Assembly: GCF_038025025.1 (NCBI RefSeq)
Contig: NW_027117343.1
Span: forward strand, 434,001 to 498,000
DNA length: 64,000 bases
Reading direction: 5' to 3'
Origin: Phyllosticta citribraziliensis
Lineage: Eukaryota
Shown here: positions 35,735 to 48,924 of the stretch, one piece after another
Numbering within the stretch: position 1 is the stretch's first letter
Layout of the letters: every line of letters starts with the position of its first letter
Notes under the pieces: generated by a model
Seen by the model: the letters and a program-made list of their open reading frames with translations, nothing else
Databases searched by the model: none
What the model was told of the DNA's origin: nothing
Made by a program: the position numbers and the translations under genes

Positions 35735-36332
35735 GGTGTTGTAGTTGGGATGGTCGGTCATTCGTGAGGCGGAGAGGGAGAAGTGGTAGTCAAGGTGGGG
35801 ATGTTGGGATGTGCAATGTAAGGTTCGAGGAGTGAGCGAGCGGAATGATGGGTGAGAGATGACGGGATGCGCCGCAGCTTTGTCTCTGGCGCAGCGCGGG
35901 GGCTTCAGGCAATCACGGGCACCAGAAGCTACTGGAACTCGCTCTTCTTGGGTGGCTCGCGCCGTGATGATTTCAAGACTCGCACACGTGCAAATCGACA
36001 GGATGACGGATACATATGTTTCTTGGGCAGGCCTCCCTGGACAACCTTATGCTGCCGTCGTTGTCATTGTCGTCAGGTCGTGCTCGCCCGGTGCCAAGGC
36101 TCCCGCGTGTGTGTTCAGCTCTGGCCTGCGCGCGTCCCCCGTCCCCGTCCCCCAGCGACGCCGGGACCGCGACAGGAGATGGCCAGCAAAGCCAACCAAA
36201 ACTCCCCACTCCACTTCCGTCAACACCGCCCGCCGCGCCATGGTCACATAGCCCTGCATCTCGACCCCAGCCAACTCACTCTGTCAATTCATCTCAGGTC
36301 TCCCCCGCCTGTCGCTGCCCGACTCGGTCAAC

Positions 36333-38120
36333 ATGTCGGCTTCACACCGCATATCCACCTACAGCCACAGGTCCACCGGCAGCAGCAACTCGCCCTCGCG
36401 CCCGCGAAGCAGCGATGAGACCAAGAAGAACATCTGGTCTTCCATGCTGGATGGAGTCTCCAGCGGCAAGAGACTACCCGAGAAGAGCTTGTTGGTCTTG
36501 GGTACACCGCCTCCACGCCAAACAACCCGAGAACGCGCTGACAATGACATTCGCAGGCGGCACCCCGGAGACGCAAAAAGACTTTCTCGACTCGTTAACA
36601 ATGGATGAGAGCGGCCGCAGGAGACCTCCGGATCGTGGTCGCAAGCCTCCCGTCGCCAACCAGTTTGCGCTTGGATACACCTATCAAGACGTGTTGGACG
36701 CAGATCAAGATGGTATGCTGCGTGGCCTCGCAATATCATGCCAATTCAATGCTGATCGAGCCAGACATACTTGCACGAATGTCTCTCTACCTCCTCACAG
36801 ACCCATCTCCATCCTTCACGCCGCTGCTCAAACCGCTTCTTACTCCCAGGACCCTGCCCAACATGCTCATCGTCATTCTGCTCGACTGGTCGCAACCCTG
36901 GCTCTGGGTGCGCCAATTACGAGAGTGGATCCGTGTATTGCGCTCTCTCATTGTCTCTCTCGATGACGACTGCAAGGACGTCATGGAAGAGAATATGAAT
37001 TCATGGCAAGATCGTGGTCGCAAAAACAACCTGGACGGCTCGGCAGGCACTGGCACCGAGGATATTTCCATCCCAATCGGCCCCGGCGAATGGGACGAAC
37101 CATTGGGAATCCCCCTCTGTGTCGTGTGCCAAAACGCAGACAAAATTGAGACTCTCGAGCGCGAAAGAGCGTGGAAAGAGGAGGAATTTGATTTTGTGCT
37201 GCAGTACATGCGAACCATCTTGTTGAAGCACGGCGCGAGTCTCATCTACACCATGCCCGAGGCACCAGGATCGTTGCAAACGCTTGTACATTCCAGCCTG
37301 GGCATCCAGTCCATGCTCCAAAAGAAGCAGCTGAAGCACAATGTCATTGACCGAGACCGCGTTCTCGTTCCGCCAAATTGGGACTCTTGGGGCAAGATTC
37401 GTGTTTTGCGCGATGGTTTCGACGCCGAAGGAGTGTCCTCGGCCTGGTCCGTGGATATACAAGCTCCGCAAGTCCGCACGCCGCCACTGGTGAATGGCGA
37501 AGCGGACGGCGAAGAATTTCCCAATGGCGAGACCAACGGCGCTCCAGCAGAACAAGAGTCGCCGGCCGTCGTGGTATTTGAGGAGACGATTCATGATCCC
37601 ACGAGGGATTCTCTCCTTGCTCAGGGACTTCCCGTGCAACAACTCAACGCAGCCAACGGCGTCGAGATCGAGTCGCAGGATAACCAGGCGTTCCTCACCT
37701 CGCAGCTGGAAGTGCTGGACAAGCTGCGTGCAGAAGACGAGAAGAGCAAGAATGCGGGCAACAAGGATAAAACCAGGAACCCCGGCCACTCCCATCAAGG
37801 AAGTGGACACGAAAGCGGCATTGTGACGCCTCGCGAAACAGGGTCTGGTGTCGTTGAGGAGCACATTGGTCCTGTGCAATTCAACATGGGTGGAATCCAG
37901 GTCGACGCCGACGACATGCTCAAGCGGCTCAAGGTGTGTATAACCCACTCGGCCGCGAATGATTTACTGACACAATATACAGGATCGCGAGGCAACGCGC
38001 GATGCCAGTGCTGGCGATGACGGTGTCACCAGTCCGATTGACGACGGCAAGACAGAAAACGAGCGGCTTGCCAACTTTTTCGCCGGCTTGATGAAGAAGA
38101 CAAGCAGCCCGCGGTCATGA
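36333..38120 (+). CDS. Cytoplasmic dynein light intermediate chain
   Basis: KRLPEKSLLVLG, ANQFALGYTY, ILLDWSQPW, LRTILLKHGASLIY-like segment, VPPNWDSWGKI and C-terminal LANFFAGLMKK. Three introns; stop at 38118-38120. Confidence 0.94.
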
Positions 38121-39310
38121 ACGATGCATAAGCCTCTCTACTCTGCCCCCAGGACATTGCTTGGACCCACGCCCAATATTTGGACGAGCCCTGCCAGTAC
38201 CTAGCCACACGAACACAGCAACAACGACGGATGATGACCAACTAACGCACTGACCAACTTCTATTCGACTGACGACCACCTGATCACAACTACCTCAACG
38301 ACCTCTACCTCTGATGCGCAAAAGCTTCCTGCTCTGGCCTTGCTCAAGTTCCTTGCTACTGTGCCATCGGAGACCCAAAACCTCAACACTCGCTACACCT
38401 AATTTTCTCCATCACACCACTTCATCACTGAACGACGACGACTTTTGGATGCCAGAAGCAGAAGAGAGGATCCACCGCCGGCTCTGGCACGGCCTCAACT
38501 GAGAGGAGGAACGAGGCTGACTGGGATGCCGTTCAACGCTTCCGAGAGACCAGCGTTGAAACTCAACCCATCGACCTACGGCCCGCCTCGAGAGGTTATG
38601 GACCTTGTCTGCGGCTCCGTCTGATATGTATTGCAAATCCAGTGGCCGATACATCTGCCCTGATTCTTCTTTCCGCCGTCCTCTGGCCACCACGTCTGGA
38701 CTGCTGAGGGCGTCGAGGCTTGCTCGGATCGACGAAGGCATCGCGGAATCCGCAAGCACCGCAACGCCTGGCGAGCATCGGGGACCATGTATCCCCAGTG
38801 CCGCTTGAGCGAACCAGCACCGGCATGCCTCGCGGACATCCACGGAACAGGAGACGGCCGTCAGCGAGGCACGCGACGAGGCAGACTTGGCGCTGGGCGG
38901 CGGGGACGGCGCAGAGGACAGACAACCGATAGTATGCTCCGCTGCATTGCCGTCGTCGGTATTCCGTACGCGCGCGCGTGCCGTGTGATTGATTTACATT
39001 GCCTTTTTATTGAACGAACGAGATTCCCCCTGACACATCAACCAACCAACCAACCAAACACCCTTGGCATTGAGCGAGCGAGCGAGCAAGTAAGCCGGTA
39101 TGTACGTAGTCGAAAAGCAAAAAGAATAAAAAATCGGAAATTAAATGTGGCGTGCTCCCGTCGTCGTCTATCAAGGTGATCTGGTGACCTCAGCATCCAC
39201 CAACTATTGACATGAAGCTATATATCCAATACACACAGTAAAGTCTAGGTCGAAGGTTCAGATACACCTGCACTTAAGGAGTCCAGATAATCGACAACTG
39301 CCACCATAAC

Positions 39311-39334
39311 AAAAAAAAAAAAAAAAAAAAAAAA
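39311..39334. repeat. Poly(A) tract, 24 nt, in a microsatellite-rich convergent intergenic region
   Basis: Direct read. Confidence 0.95.
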
Positions 39335-40106
39335 GGAAGGATACGCCAACTTCACACCGCGCTGTCTGGTATTGGCATGACTTGAACTAGGCTCCACACT
39401 CAGCTATTTGAGCCGCATGGTGTGGATTGTGGTACACTACACCGCAGTCCTCCTCCTCCCCAACTCTACCCGGCTGACCGCGGTACTCTTCACTCTATTC
39501 ATCAAGATCACAGCTGACCATGCATTCATCAATACACATGGACAGACGGACAGTTGCTGCGTCGGCGAGGCTGCACAAACACCGTACAGCATGACCGTCC
39601 CGTGCGTCACTCGCTCGCTCACTTGCTCAACTGCATATCCACAATTCAATTCCACATGCATTGCCAACTCTGTCTTTGCCTCTCCCTAACTCAATTCAAT
39701 GACTCCTTTGTTCGCGGCGGCGGCGGGCGGCAGCCCGCTCACCCACCCTCTCACTCACTCGCTCGCTCCATTTTACATGCCACACCATCTCGTCCAAATA
39801 CGACCATACCGCTCCGTACCGTACCTTCCAAACCCATGCGCATACGCAAAACAGCTCGATCAATCATATAAACTGAGCAACGTGATTGATGACGGAAGAA
39901 AACGCCCGAGTACAACGACGACAACGACGACGACGTTGACGATGAAAAGGGGAAATGCAGGAAGGAAAAGGAAGAACGGACGAGAAAGATAAGAGGAGGT
40001 CAAGAGGTTGTGTTGAGTACACAACGACGACGGACAAACATGCGTGATCAAGAAATGATGCCAGGCCCTGAATGGGCCAGGCACCGTCCAAACGCGCTCA
40101 CGCGCC

Positions 40107-43100
40107 TCAATCCCTCTGGCCCTCGTTCAGCAGCAGCTCGACGACAATCTGACAGCGTTCGTGGCGCGGATGCTGCATAGCCAGCTTAACAGTGCGGCGC
40201 GGACTCGACGAACCCGCATTCCCGCCGCCAGACTGGCTCTGCTCCATGTAGCCGCCGCTGCCCATGCCGGTGCCGCTGCCATTGGCGCCGTTGGCAAGCG
40301 TGGGTGCCACGCCGGCGGCGGCCCACGTGCCGCCCAGGCCCTCGCCGTCGTCGAGGCACTTGACGTCGCGGCCGGGGATGACCTGGCGCAGGCGGCCGTT
40401 CTGCGCGTTGCGCACCTCGACAAAGTCCGGGTCGAAGAGCAGCACGTACGGCCCGTACAGCGCCGCGCTGCGCGCCTTGCCGACGAACTCCATGATGACG
40501 CTGCGCGACACGTCGCCGTGCTTGTTGCAGTAGACGGCGCACTCTTCGTAGCAGAGGAGGAACTCGGCGTCCGACAGGCGGAACATGCCGAGCGGCGAGA
40601 GGTTCTGCAGGCGTTGGTTGATGGTTGCGACGTGCGGCTGGCGCAGGTCGGGGACGCTCCAGGGCTGCTTCTTGTCGAGGGTGAGGACTTCGAAGCCTTT
40701 GGAGGTCGAGATGGCGAGGGAGGAGTGGAAGAGGTTGAGTCCGAAGCATTCGGTTGGAATGTAAAAGTCGTCGTACTCGCGGAAGAAGTCGGTGCGGCCG
40801 GTGCGGAGGAAGCGCGACTTCTTCTCTGTCGACTTTTGGAAGACGGGTTCGAGAACTTTGAAAGTTGAAGACAGACCTTCGCGCTTTTTGTAAAAGACTA
40901 GAGTCCGTTCTTTCATTTTGCCGGTTGCAAAAAAGCCAACGTCGCGGGATCCCGAAAGCTTTTGAGGAGCTCGTCGCGAACTATCGCTGGGAGGCGCACC
41001 TCCGACGGGACAGACCAGGTCGAGATGGTACGCAATCAGAGCCTTGTCGGCAATGAGGAGCATAATGCTAAACTCTTCGAGCACCGAGATTTGAGTGACC
41101 TTGGACATGGAAATCGCCCTTACCCAGCCACGGGGATTGTCCACTTCCGAAATGAAGACGCCAAAGTCTGTTCCAACTGCCACCATGGACTTGCCATTGG
41201 GCTGCATAAAGGCTGTCGCGCAGTTGACCTTGGCTCGGCAAATGGGACCGGGGCGGCCGGTGTTAGCATACCGCTTCTCTACTTCGTCAATGGCCCGGTC
41301 GAGGGGAGTGCCCTTGATCGTGACACTCGAGGAACCAGCAGAGCCACCGTCATAGGCAAAAGCCGCGTCCGCCATCACGCGAAGGCGGAACGGCTCAGCA
41401 TTTTGAGCAAACAGCGAAGCCGCATGCCTGGTCTTGGCCTCGAGAATCTTGTCACACCAGTCCTGGCGATTTTGGGCGCTTGGAGCGAAGAGGGTGTAGA
41501 CTTCTTTTCCAAGATGCTTGATTCGGAAGGGGTACATGATCTTCTCGTCCTTGGGGCTCTCAAGAACGGTGTTGACTACCATGCCCTTGTTTGTCGACGA
41601 GCTCGTCAGACCCGAGTTGAGGGATGAGCTGGTAGAGGTGTGGGATAGCGGTGCGGGGCTCGCATTGGATCCAGCCCGGAGCCTCGATTCGGGCCTTGTA
41701 GAGGTCGTGGACACTGTGGCGACGCCCTTGACTGATGATCTCACGACGGGGTCGTCGTTTGAGCTTTCGAGGACCAATAAGTCCATGGGAATCGGCTGTG
41801 CCCTGTTAGAACAATCCCAAAAAGTCCAGAATCAACCGATTGCACTCACCAAACGCGAGACGTCATATCGCTCCTGCTTCGGGCCTCCCTCAGGTTCCCT
41901 GTGCAGCACCGTCTTTGCCAATACCAGATAATGATCAAAAAGTAGAGCATGGACCTCGAGCCAGGTGTAACGGGTGCCACCCATGCGCTGCAAGTCACCC
42001 TTGTAAATAAGCTCGCGACCCAGGTGGTTCAAGTTGAGTTCAACGCGCTGCATGCCAGGCCGCAGAATCAACTTCGTCTGAAGATCCGTCAAATCAACCT
42101 TTCGTGTCATGTCGGCCACTCTTCCGTCACACTCCAAAGTCACATTCTTAATCTCTTCAATGGCGATCTGGAGGTTCTTCTTCTCCTCGCCATCGGGCGT
42201 CTTCTTGAGCGCAGTGTTGAGCAAAAGACCGATATGCTGGAGACGCGTGATTGGTGACTTGAGATAGTTGTCCCATGCGAGCTTGTTGGACATTTTGTTT
42301 GCACGTGCCTGGTCAAGGAAACTGCGGAACAAAATATTCCTCTCCGACTCTTGGCGGATCAAAAATGTCGCGTATGGGAACGCGGCGGCGTACTCAATGT
42401 AGGCACTGCGCGCTTTGCGGATCCATTCCCTGAAAATGTCACTGAATCCAACGATCCACGGTCCTTGCTCTTGCTGGCGATACTTGAGCTGGGGCAGGAG
42501 GTGCTCCTCATTTGCTCCAATCACAGGCTCCAGTTTTCCAAATACGTCCCGAATGAACCATTTGAGCTTCTTCGGAGGAATCACCGGAGGCTGCATTTGC
42601 ATCAAATGATCGCGGTAAACGACGCGCAGCACATTCAATGATTCCATGTAGTTGTCCTCGGTCGTGACAATTTCGTGAAGCATATTTTGCCTCATCACCT
42701 CCCTTTGGTTGACGCCCTCCATGTCTTCCTTTTTCAGCTTGTAAAAAGTAGCCCAGTCAGGCGTTTGCTTTACCGAAGGCTGGGCGCGCAGGTCGATCTT
42801 CTTCAAGGTTCTCTGGCAGTGGTGTGCGTAGCATCGACCAGGGGTGTGGACATCGTGCAGTTTGGGCGCGTAGCATCCGCTTCCAGTGAGTTGGTATATC
42901 ACGCCCGAGGTGGTCGCAGGCTTGAACTTCAACCACTCCTCAACGTGCTCGAGAGTTCCGACCTTGTACATCTCCTGGACGACTTGCGCAGCCAAGTACT
43001 CGGCGTCTGCCACATTCATAGTGGGGACCTTGTGCGTGAACAGCGCAACCAAACCATCTGTAATCAAGTGCTCCTTGAGATCCGACTCCCCCTCGGCCAT

Positions 43101-45197
43101 CATTCGGAGCCAAGAGATTACAGCGCTCAGCGCCCATGGCTCGGAGCACTTGGCAAAGTCCCTGGGAGTCAACTTGCTTGGGCTGAAGCGCTTTCCAGTG
43201 GGGAGTGCCGGCAGGTCCAAGGTAATGGTGCTGCCTGTTGGAGGAGTCAAGTTATCTCCACTCGAGTCGGTCTTTTCGTAAAGCGCAGGTGCACGCATTT
43301 GCGTGCTGCGCAATCTGCGCTCCTCCGCATCCGTTTTCGACCGAATCGGCGGAATGGTCTGCTGCGTCGTACTGTGACTGACCAAAGACGTCGATCTCGG
43401 CACCGTCGCGCCGCTTGGGGTGGATATATAATCATGGCTCGAGGGGAAAGGAGTCCGATTCGCGTCATACTCGTACTGCATGGCCTGATGATGGTAACTC
43501 TGGTCTCCAACCGGCGGTGGCGGCAAAGGTCTCGTCGGCATTCCAGGGTGGTAAAACATGTCCGGTGGCTCCCCAGCGGCTTGGTTCATCAAACTAGTTT
43601 CATCACCCTCGTCGTAGCTGCGGCGTCTGGCAATGGTAGGGTCGGCAAAGCCACCTGTTCCAAAGGTATCAGTCCTGGCAGCTCCAGTGACCCTCATAAA
43701 AGGGTCGTAGTCCACGTCGCTGGTCTCGCCTGATTGGCGCATGGAACCCGAAGAGGACATTGTATGGGTTTGACTCTGCGATCGATCCAGCAATGCGGTG
43801 CTGGACGCAGATTCCGTGGGGGTCATGCCGTATGTACCAAGACCTGCAGCTCCCGTCCCATCAAACGTGCTGACATCCACACCAGGGAACGAGCCATCGC
43901 TTTGTTGGTCAGACTCCATGCCAGGCTGAGCAGGAACCTGTGGCATGTAGCTAGTGAAGAAACCATTGTCCTGCTCTTGCAACATGGCCACACCGTACGC
44001 AGCCTCAGGATCACTATCCACATAGTCCTCGTACGGAGGATGTCCATTGGTTGTCGTCAAGCCCCCAGCCAGCGATGCGTAAAACGGTGGTTCACCGCGA
44101 TCCCCATTGACCGGTTGTTCCCCCCTTGGTGACACGCCAGCGTTCATGACGGCATTCTCGACCTCGTCAAACAGCGCCTCATTGTAGGGAGTCTGGAGTC
44201 CATTAGTTTCGTCGAAATACCCCTGATGTTCCTCCTCTTCCAAGGGCGGGCCTGGGAGAGGCCGAGACTGCGGGTGGCGGCCTGAAGTGTTCATTCTTTG
44301 GAGAGAATACTGCGAAGGAAGTGCGCCAGGGGTAGGAGGGAGCGGGTTTGAGTGGTATGAAGAGGGCGACCTCCGCTCATCATGTCTGGTGGCGCCGTGG
44401 TGGTAACCCTGGTGGACAGGAGGTGACGGCAGAGGATTATTATGCAACGAGTGCATCTGCGCTGCAGAAGGTCGTCTCGCCGTGGGGTCGTGCCAGCTCT
44501 GCATCATGGCCCCGTCGGCATGTGGTGGGACAGGGACAGGAGGCGGGGCGGGCGGTGTATAGCCGGCACGCCGGGACGCCGAGCTCGTTGGAGACAGATG
44601 AGGATCAGCCGTGCTTGGGCGATGGGCAGACGGCGAGGGAAACTGGGCAGTAGGAGAAGTCGAGTAGGCGGTCGGCGAGTGGCCGTAGCCGCGACTAGCG
44701 ATTGAAGATCCCCGCCCAAGACTTGGGTCCGCATATGCTGCCGGATTATAAGTCGGCTGTGTTGCAACCGGGTTATACTGTGTTCGATTTACGCCGCCGT
44801 ATTGTTGCGGGTTTGGAATCTGGACAGGAGGAGAGTATTGACGAGGATTGTAGGCGTTTCGGTGGTTTGGAGTAGGAGGCGCAGGGTGGTATTGTCCGAA
44901 ATCCGCTCTCTGGGGCGTCGACGGTGCGTCGAGGGGTGGGTTTGCGCTTTGGTCTGCTCCTATGAAGAGCTCGGCGTCTTGTCGCACAGGATTAGTACCC
45001 CGCCTGGCAGGACGCGGCGGCGCAGGTCCCATGCCGCCATAGCCATGTGCCCTCCCGTCTGCTGCAAATGCTGCCTCGTCGGTGGTGTCGTAGCTTGGCC
45101 GGCGACCGTAGCTCGCGGTCTGGTATCCCGCTGAGCCCTGCTCCTGCTGGGAAGAGCCAGGCCGATAGTACTGGCCACCATTTGGATAGTGGGCCAT
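40107..45197 (-). CDS. Rho guanine nucleotide exchange factor, DH-PH-CNH architecture (Rgf3/Tus1-like)
   Basis: DH: RQNMLHEIVTTE...LKSPITRLQ. PH: LLFDHYLVLAK...PIPMDLL. CNH: VFYKKREGLSSTFKVLEP. Intron 41796-41849 joins ORFs 41832..45197 and 40107..41786. Confidence 0.94.
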
Positions 45198-46374
45198 TTT
45201 GGGCGCAATATATGGTATAAGAATGAAAGGTCCAGCGAGTGTGGATTATAGACGGCTATGTATAGAGGGCCAGGTCATGAACAACGTCGACGCGTGTTCG
45301 ATCGGCGGATGCGTCTACGAGACGTGATGAGCGGGCGACCGAGGACGCGTCGAAGCTTTCTGGCGAGCAACGATGTCGCGCAAGGTACTCGAGTGAAAAT
45401 TGAGAATTAGGGGCGGAAACGGTCGAGGTGGTAGCCGTGAGGTGGAGAGGTGGTGGTGACGGGTCGGCGGGGAGGATTGTATGCGACGGTCGTTCGCTGG
45501 ACTGCAGGCCAAAGTCGACTGTGCGGAGTAAAGGGCCCACGCCCGGCCGCTGTTCGTGACAATATTGGACTATGCAAGTCAGAGGGGAGAGGGTTGATGA
45601 AGGGGGAGGACGAGCAGAGGTAGCCCAGGCTCTCTCGGGTGGTTTGGTGCTGCGGCCGACGACGGACCAATGAGAGTCGTGGGTTGGCTTCTTGGGTTTG
45701 GGCTCTCACGTCTCTTCTCTCCACCAACTCAGACAGCCGACGCCTTGAGACTCTTTGTCTCTACGCATGCTCCACAGCATCGCCACTCCTGCGCAGCAAT
45801 ATTCCTATATCCAAGGGCTGTGCCACCGCCATCAGGGCAACACCGCCTCCGGTTCTCTCTCTGCGCGCGCTGCACCGCCTTCTGCTCCACGCACGCCAAG
45901 CTCCCGCCTGAACCCAAAGCCTGACGATTGGGCGCTTCGCCGTGTCAATTATTCAAACATCTCCTGAATTGCGTCTGTGTCTCTACTCCCCGTATTCACA
46001 ATCTATCTCCAGCTCGGCACTCACTTCCAAGCGCTTGTCTGTTTGGTCGCTAAAATCTCACGTTTCTTCCCCATCGTCTCCGAGCCGCTCGGTTGGATCC
46101 TCTGCTTGCCTCTCGTCAGCCTGTCTGATATTTGCTCCCTGGTCCTGTTCAAAATAGCCAGGTCGGCACGTTGAATTCAGCTGAAGGCTGTCTTTCTCGC
46201 TGAACCAGCGTCGGTGCGTTCGGCGCATCATATCGAAACCCCGTCATCCTCAATATACAGCTCATCTGTTGAGTGGAGCTTTCGCTGTTGGCATGTCGGC
46301 AAGGCCGAAGGTCGTCTCGAGCCATCTGGCTTGGCCCCACATGGACCCTTTTGATCCTCCGCCTTTGCACATCG

Positions 46375-47285
46375 TTACTGAGCAAAGAACCCTCCGTCAA
46401 CCCCAATCACCTTGTTCGTTACGTATCCCGTCTTGACCATCCAAATGACAGTCTCTGCGACCTCTTCAGGTTTACCAAGACGGCCAATTGGAATTTCTAC
46501 TCTCTGATCAGCTCTCTCCCCCCGATACAGTGTCGACGACATACTCTTGGCCAACTCCTCGTTGCTGCCAGGCAGCATTGCCGTGTCCTGGATAAGAGCA
46601 GGGGCAACTCCGTTGACGGTGATTCCACTTTGACTATACGCACCCGCCAGCCAGTGGATCAAGCCGTGCAGGGCTGACTTGGACGATCTGTTTACAGGCA
46701 GATTAGCAATGTCCCTGCATTAGCCTACGACTCGTTCAGACGTACGCGTAGTGCGGGCCAACCACTCCGCCGTTGAAAGCTGCAACGCTGCTGCAAAAGA
46801 TGATGCGTCCCCATTTACTCGTCTCCATTGCAGGAACGCAGAGCTGAGTCAGGAGAAAGGCCGATCCGCAGTTTGAGCGCCACGTCTTTTCAAAGTCTTC
46901 AATGCTCACGTCGCTCGCCGACTTGAGACCATGCTGAGCGAGCGTGGTTCCAGCATTGTTGAAGAGAATCGATGGGTGGCCAAATGTCGAGACCACGGAT
47001 TTGTGCAGTTTCCGCACCTGCCAACTGTCAATTTTTTCGGGGCGAGAGATTGCGACTGCATACCTCTTCATAGTCATTCAGATCCGCCTGGAACGCCTCA
47101 GCCCTGACACCTTTTCGTTGCAGGCCTTTGACAAGGATTTCTGCTGCCTCGACATTGGTATTGTAGTGCGCGGCAATATTGCAACCCATTTCGGCAAGCT
47201 TGAGACATGTCGCTTTGCCAATGCCGCCGCTGGCACCTGTAACAAGGGCGACGTGCTGTGACAGGTCTGATTGTACCACCGACAT
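46375..47285 (-). CDS. Classical SDR, 3-oxoacyl-ACP-reductase-like (4 exons)
   Basis: TGASGGIG, NNAG, spliced YASSK, NGVAPALI and IGVDGG; ATG at 47285. Confidence 0.92.
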
Positions 47286-47427
47286 GGCTACTGACAAGCA
47301 AAAGTCGTTTGGCAAGGGAGAAGACGATGTTGCAGCGCATTGTCGTCATCTTGGCTGCTTCGGAGATAAGAACCTCGGCTTCGCCAGAGAACAGGGTCCA
47401 ACAAGACATCAGCAAGTCTTTCCGGTT

Positions 47428-47602
47428 CCCCACTGGCTGGGGTTTTCTTGAAAGCGCGCAAAATGGGCACATCCTTATCATCAATGTCGTCAACTCCACG
47501 CTGATTTCCTTGCATGCAGCCACGTGCCTGGGGTGGGCTGACAAAGGACAGAATGCCCCGCGTGTGCAGTGTGGGGTGCAAGGAGCTCAACGGCGCCTCC
47601 GC
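47428..47602. promoter_or_regulatory. CreA-type SYGGRG cluster in the bidirectional SDR/Ldh_2 promoter
   Basis: SYGGRG on either strand at 47428, 47437, 47494, 47528, 47556, 47571 and 47597. Motif match only. Confidence 0.5.
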
Positions 47603-47829
47603 ACAATCCACCGGAACTACCTGCAGATGTACCCATCGTGCCATCCACGACAAGGTGAGCGACTTTTGCCTTTGCTGCAAGTACCTGCCCGGCAATGCAT
47701 TTACGACGATGAGTCACCGGGAATAGTACCCCCTCCAAGAAAATTGACTTGGCTCCTTTTCTTCCTTTTTCCATCTTTGTCGTTACTCACACTCACTTTT
47801 CAGACTCGTCACTGCACTCGCCTTGAAAA

Positions 47830-48924
47830 ATGTCTACCGCGATCCCAATTACGGACGCCGAGTCCCAGCCAAAACGCATCCACGTCCGCGCCGCCGACGC
47901 CGAAGAATTCGTCCGGGATGTCCTCGAAAAGAACCAGGTTCCGTCAGAAAACGCCAGAATAGTCGCTCAGTGCCTCGTCGCCGCTGACTTGCGAGGCGTC
48001 GACACGCATGGAGTCAACCGCATCCCTTCCTATCTTGCCCGACTTCGACAGGGCGTACTTGACGGCAAAGCGGCCCCGACTCTCAGTCAGGTGACCCCCG
48101 TCGTGGCGCAAGTGGATAGCAAAAACGGATTCGGATTCGTGGCAGCCCACATGGGCATGTCGGCTGCAATTCGGATGGCCTCAGAATTCGGGATCGGCAT
48201 GGTCAGCGTCAAGCACTCGAACCATTTCGGCATGTCAGCGTGGGTCGTACAGCAGGCACTGGACGCGGGCATGATGAGCCTGGTCTTTACCAACAGTTCG
48301 CCGGCTTTGCCCGTATGGGGTGGTCGTGAGAAGCTCATGGGCGTGAGTCCCTTGGCGTGCGGCGCTCCCGCTGGCAAGTCCAAGCCCTTCATCCTCGACA
48401 TGGCACCAAGTGTTGCTGCTCGAGGCAAAATTTACAAGGCACTGAGGCGCGGAGAAACCATTCCTCGCGACTGGGCGCTCGACGCGCAAGGCCAACCCAC
48501 GGATGACCCTGCTGCTGCCTTGCAGGGAGTCATGTTGCCCATGGGCGGCCCCAAGGGCTCCGCTCTCTCCATCATGATGGACGTCTTTTCCGGCGTCTTT
48601 TCCGGCTCGGCGTTTGCGGGACACGTCACGAACCCGTACGACCCATCAAGGCCCGCCGACGTGGGACATTTCTTGGTCGCCATCAAACCAGACCTTTTCA
48701 TGAGCTTGGAGGATTTCAAAGAGCGCATGGATTACTTGCACCAGCGCGTCGTCGGCTCAGAAAAAATGGCCGGGGTTGATCGGATTTACTTTCCCGGTGA
48801 GATTGAACAGTTGACGCAGGAGGAGCGCCAGAAAAACGGCATACCGTATGTGGAAGCGGAGATAGAGGCTCTGAATAAAGAGGCGCAAATGGTTGGAGCG
48901 GCTGACTTGAGGCTGATGGTCTGA
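47830..48924 (+). CDS. Ldh_2 family (type 2 malate/L-lactate dehydrogenase-like) oxidoreductase, intronless
   Basis: ADLRGVDTHG, SNHFG, LDMAPS, GGPKGSAL and PGE are typical of the AllD/YiaK/ComC/DpkA family. Confidence 0.94.
   Translation: MSTAIPITDAESQPKRIHVRAADAEEFVRDVLEKNQVPSENARIVAQCLVAADLRGVDTHGVNRIPSYLARLRQGVLDGKAAPTLSQVTPVVAQVDSKNGFGFVAAHMGMSAAIRMASEFGIGMVSVKHSNHFGMSAWVVQQALDAGMMSLVFTNSSPALPVWGGREKLMGVSPLACGAPAGKSKPFILDMAPSVAARGKIYKALRRGETIPRDWALDAQGQPTDDPAAALQGVMLPMGGPKGSALSIMMDVFSGVFSGSAFAGHVTNPYDPSRPADVGHFLVAIKPDLFMSLEDFKERMDYLHQRVVGSEKMAGVDRIYFPGEIEQLTQEERQKNGIPYVEAEIEALNKEAQMVGAADLRLMV

Noticed and set aside
39311..39334. Poly(A) tract as a retroelement tail
   Set aside because: No target-site duplication or element body was recognised; such tracts are common in this window's intergenic DNA.
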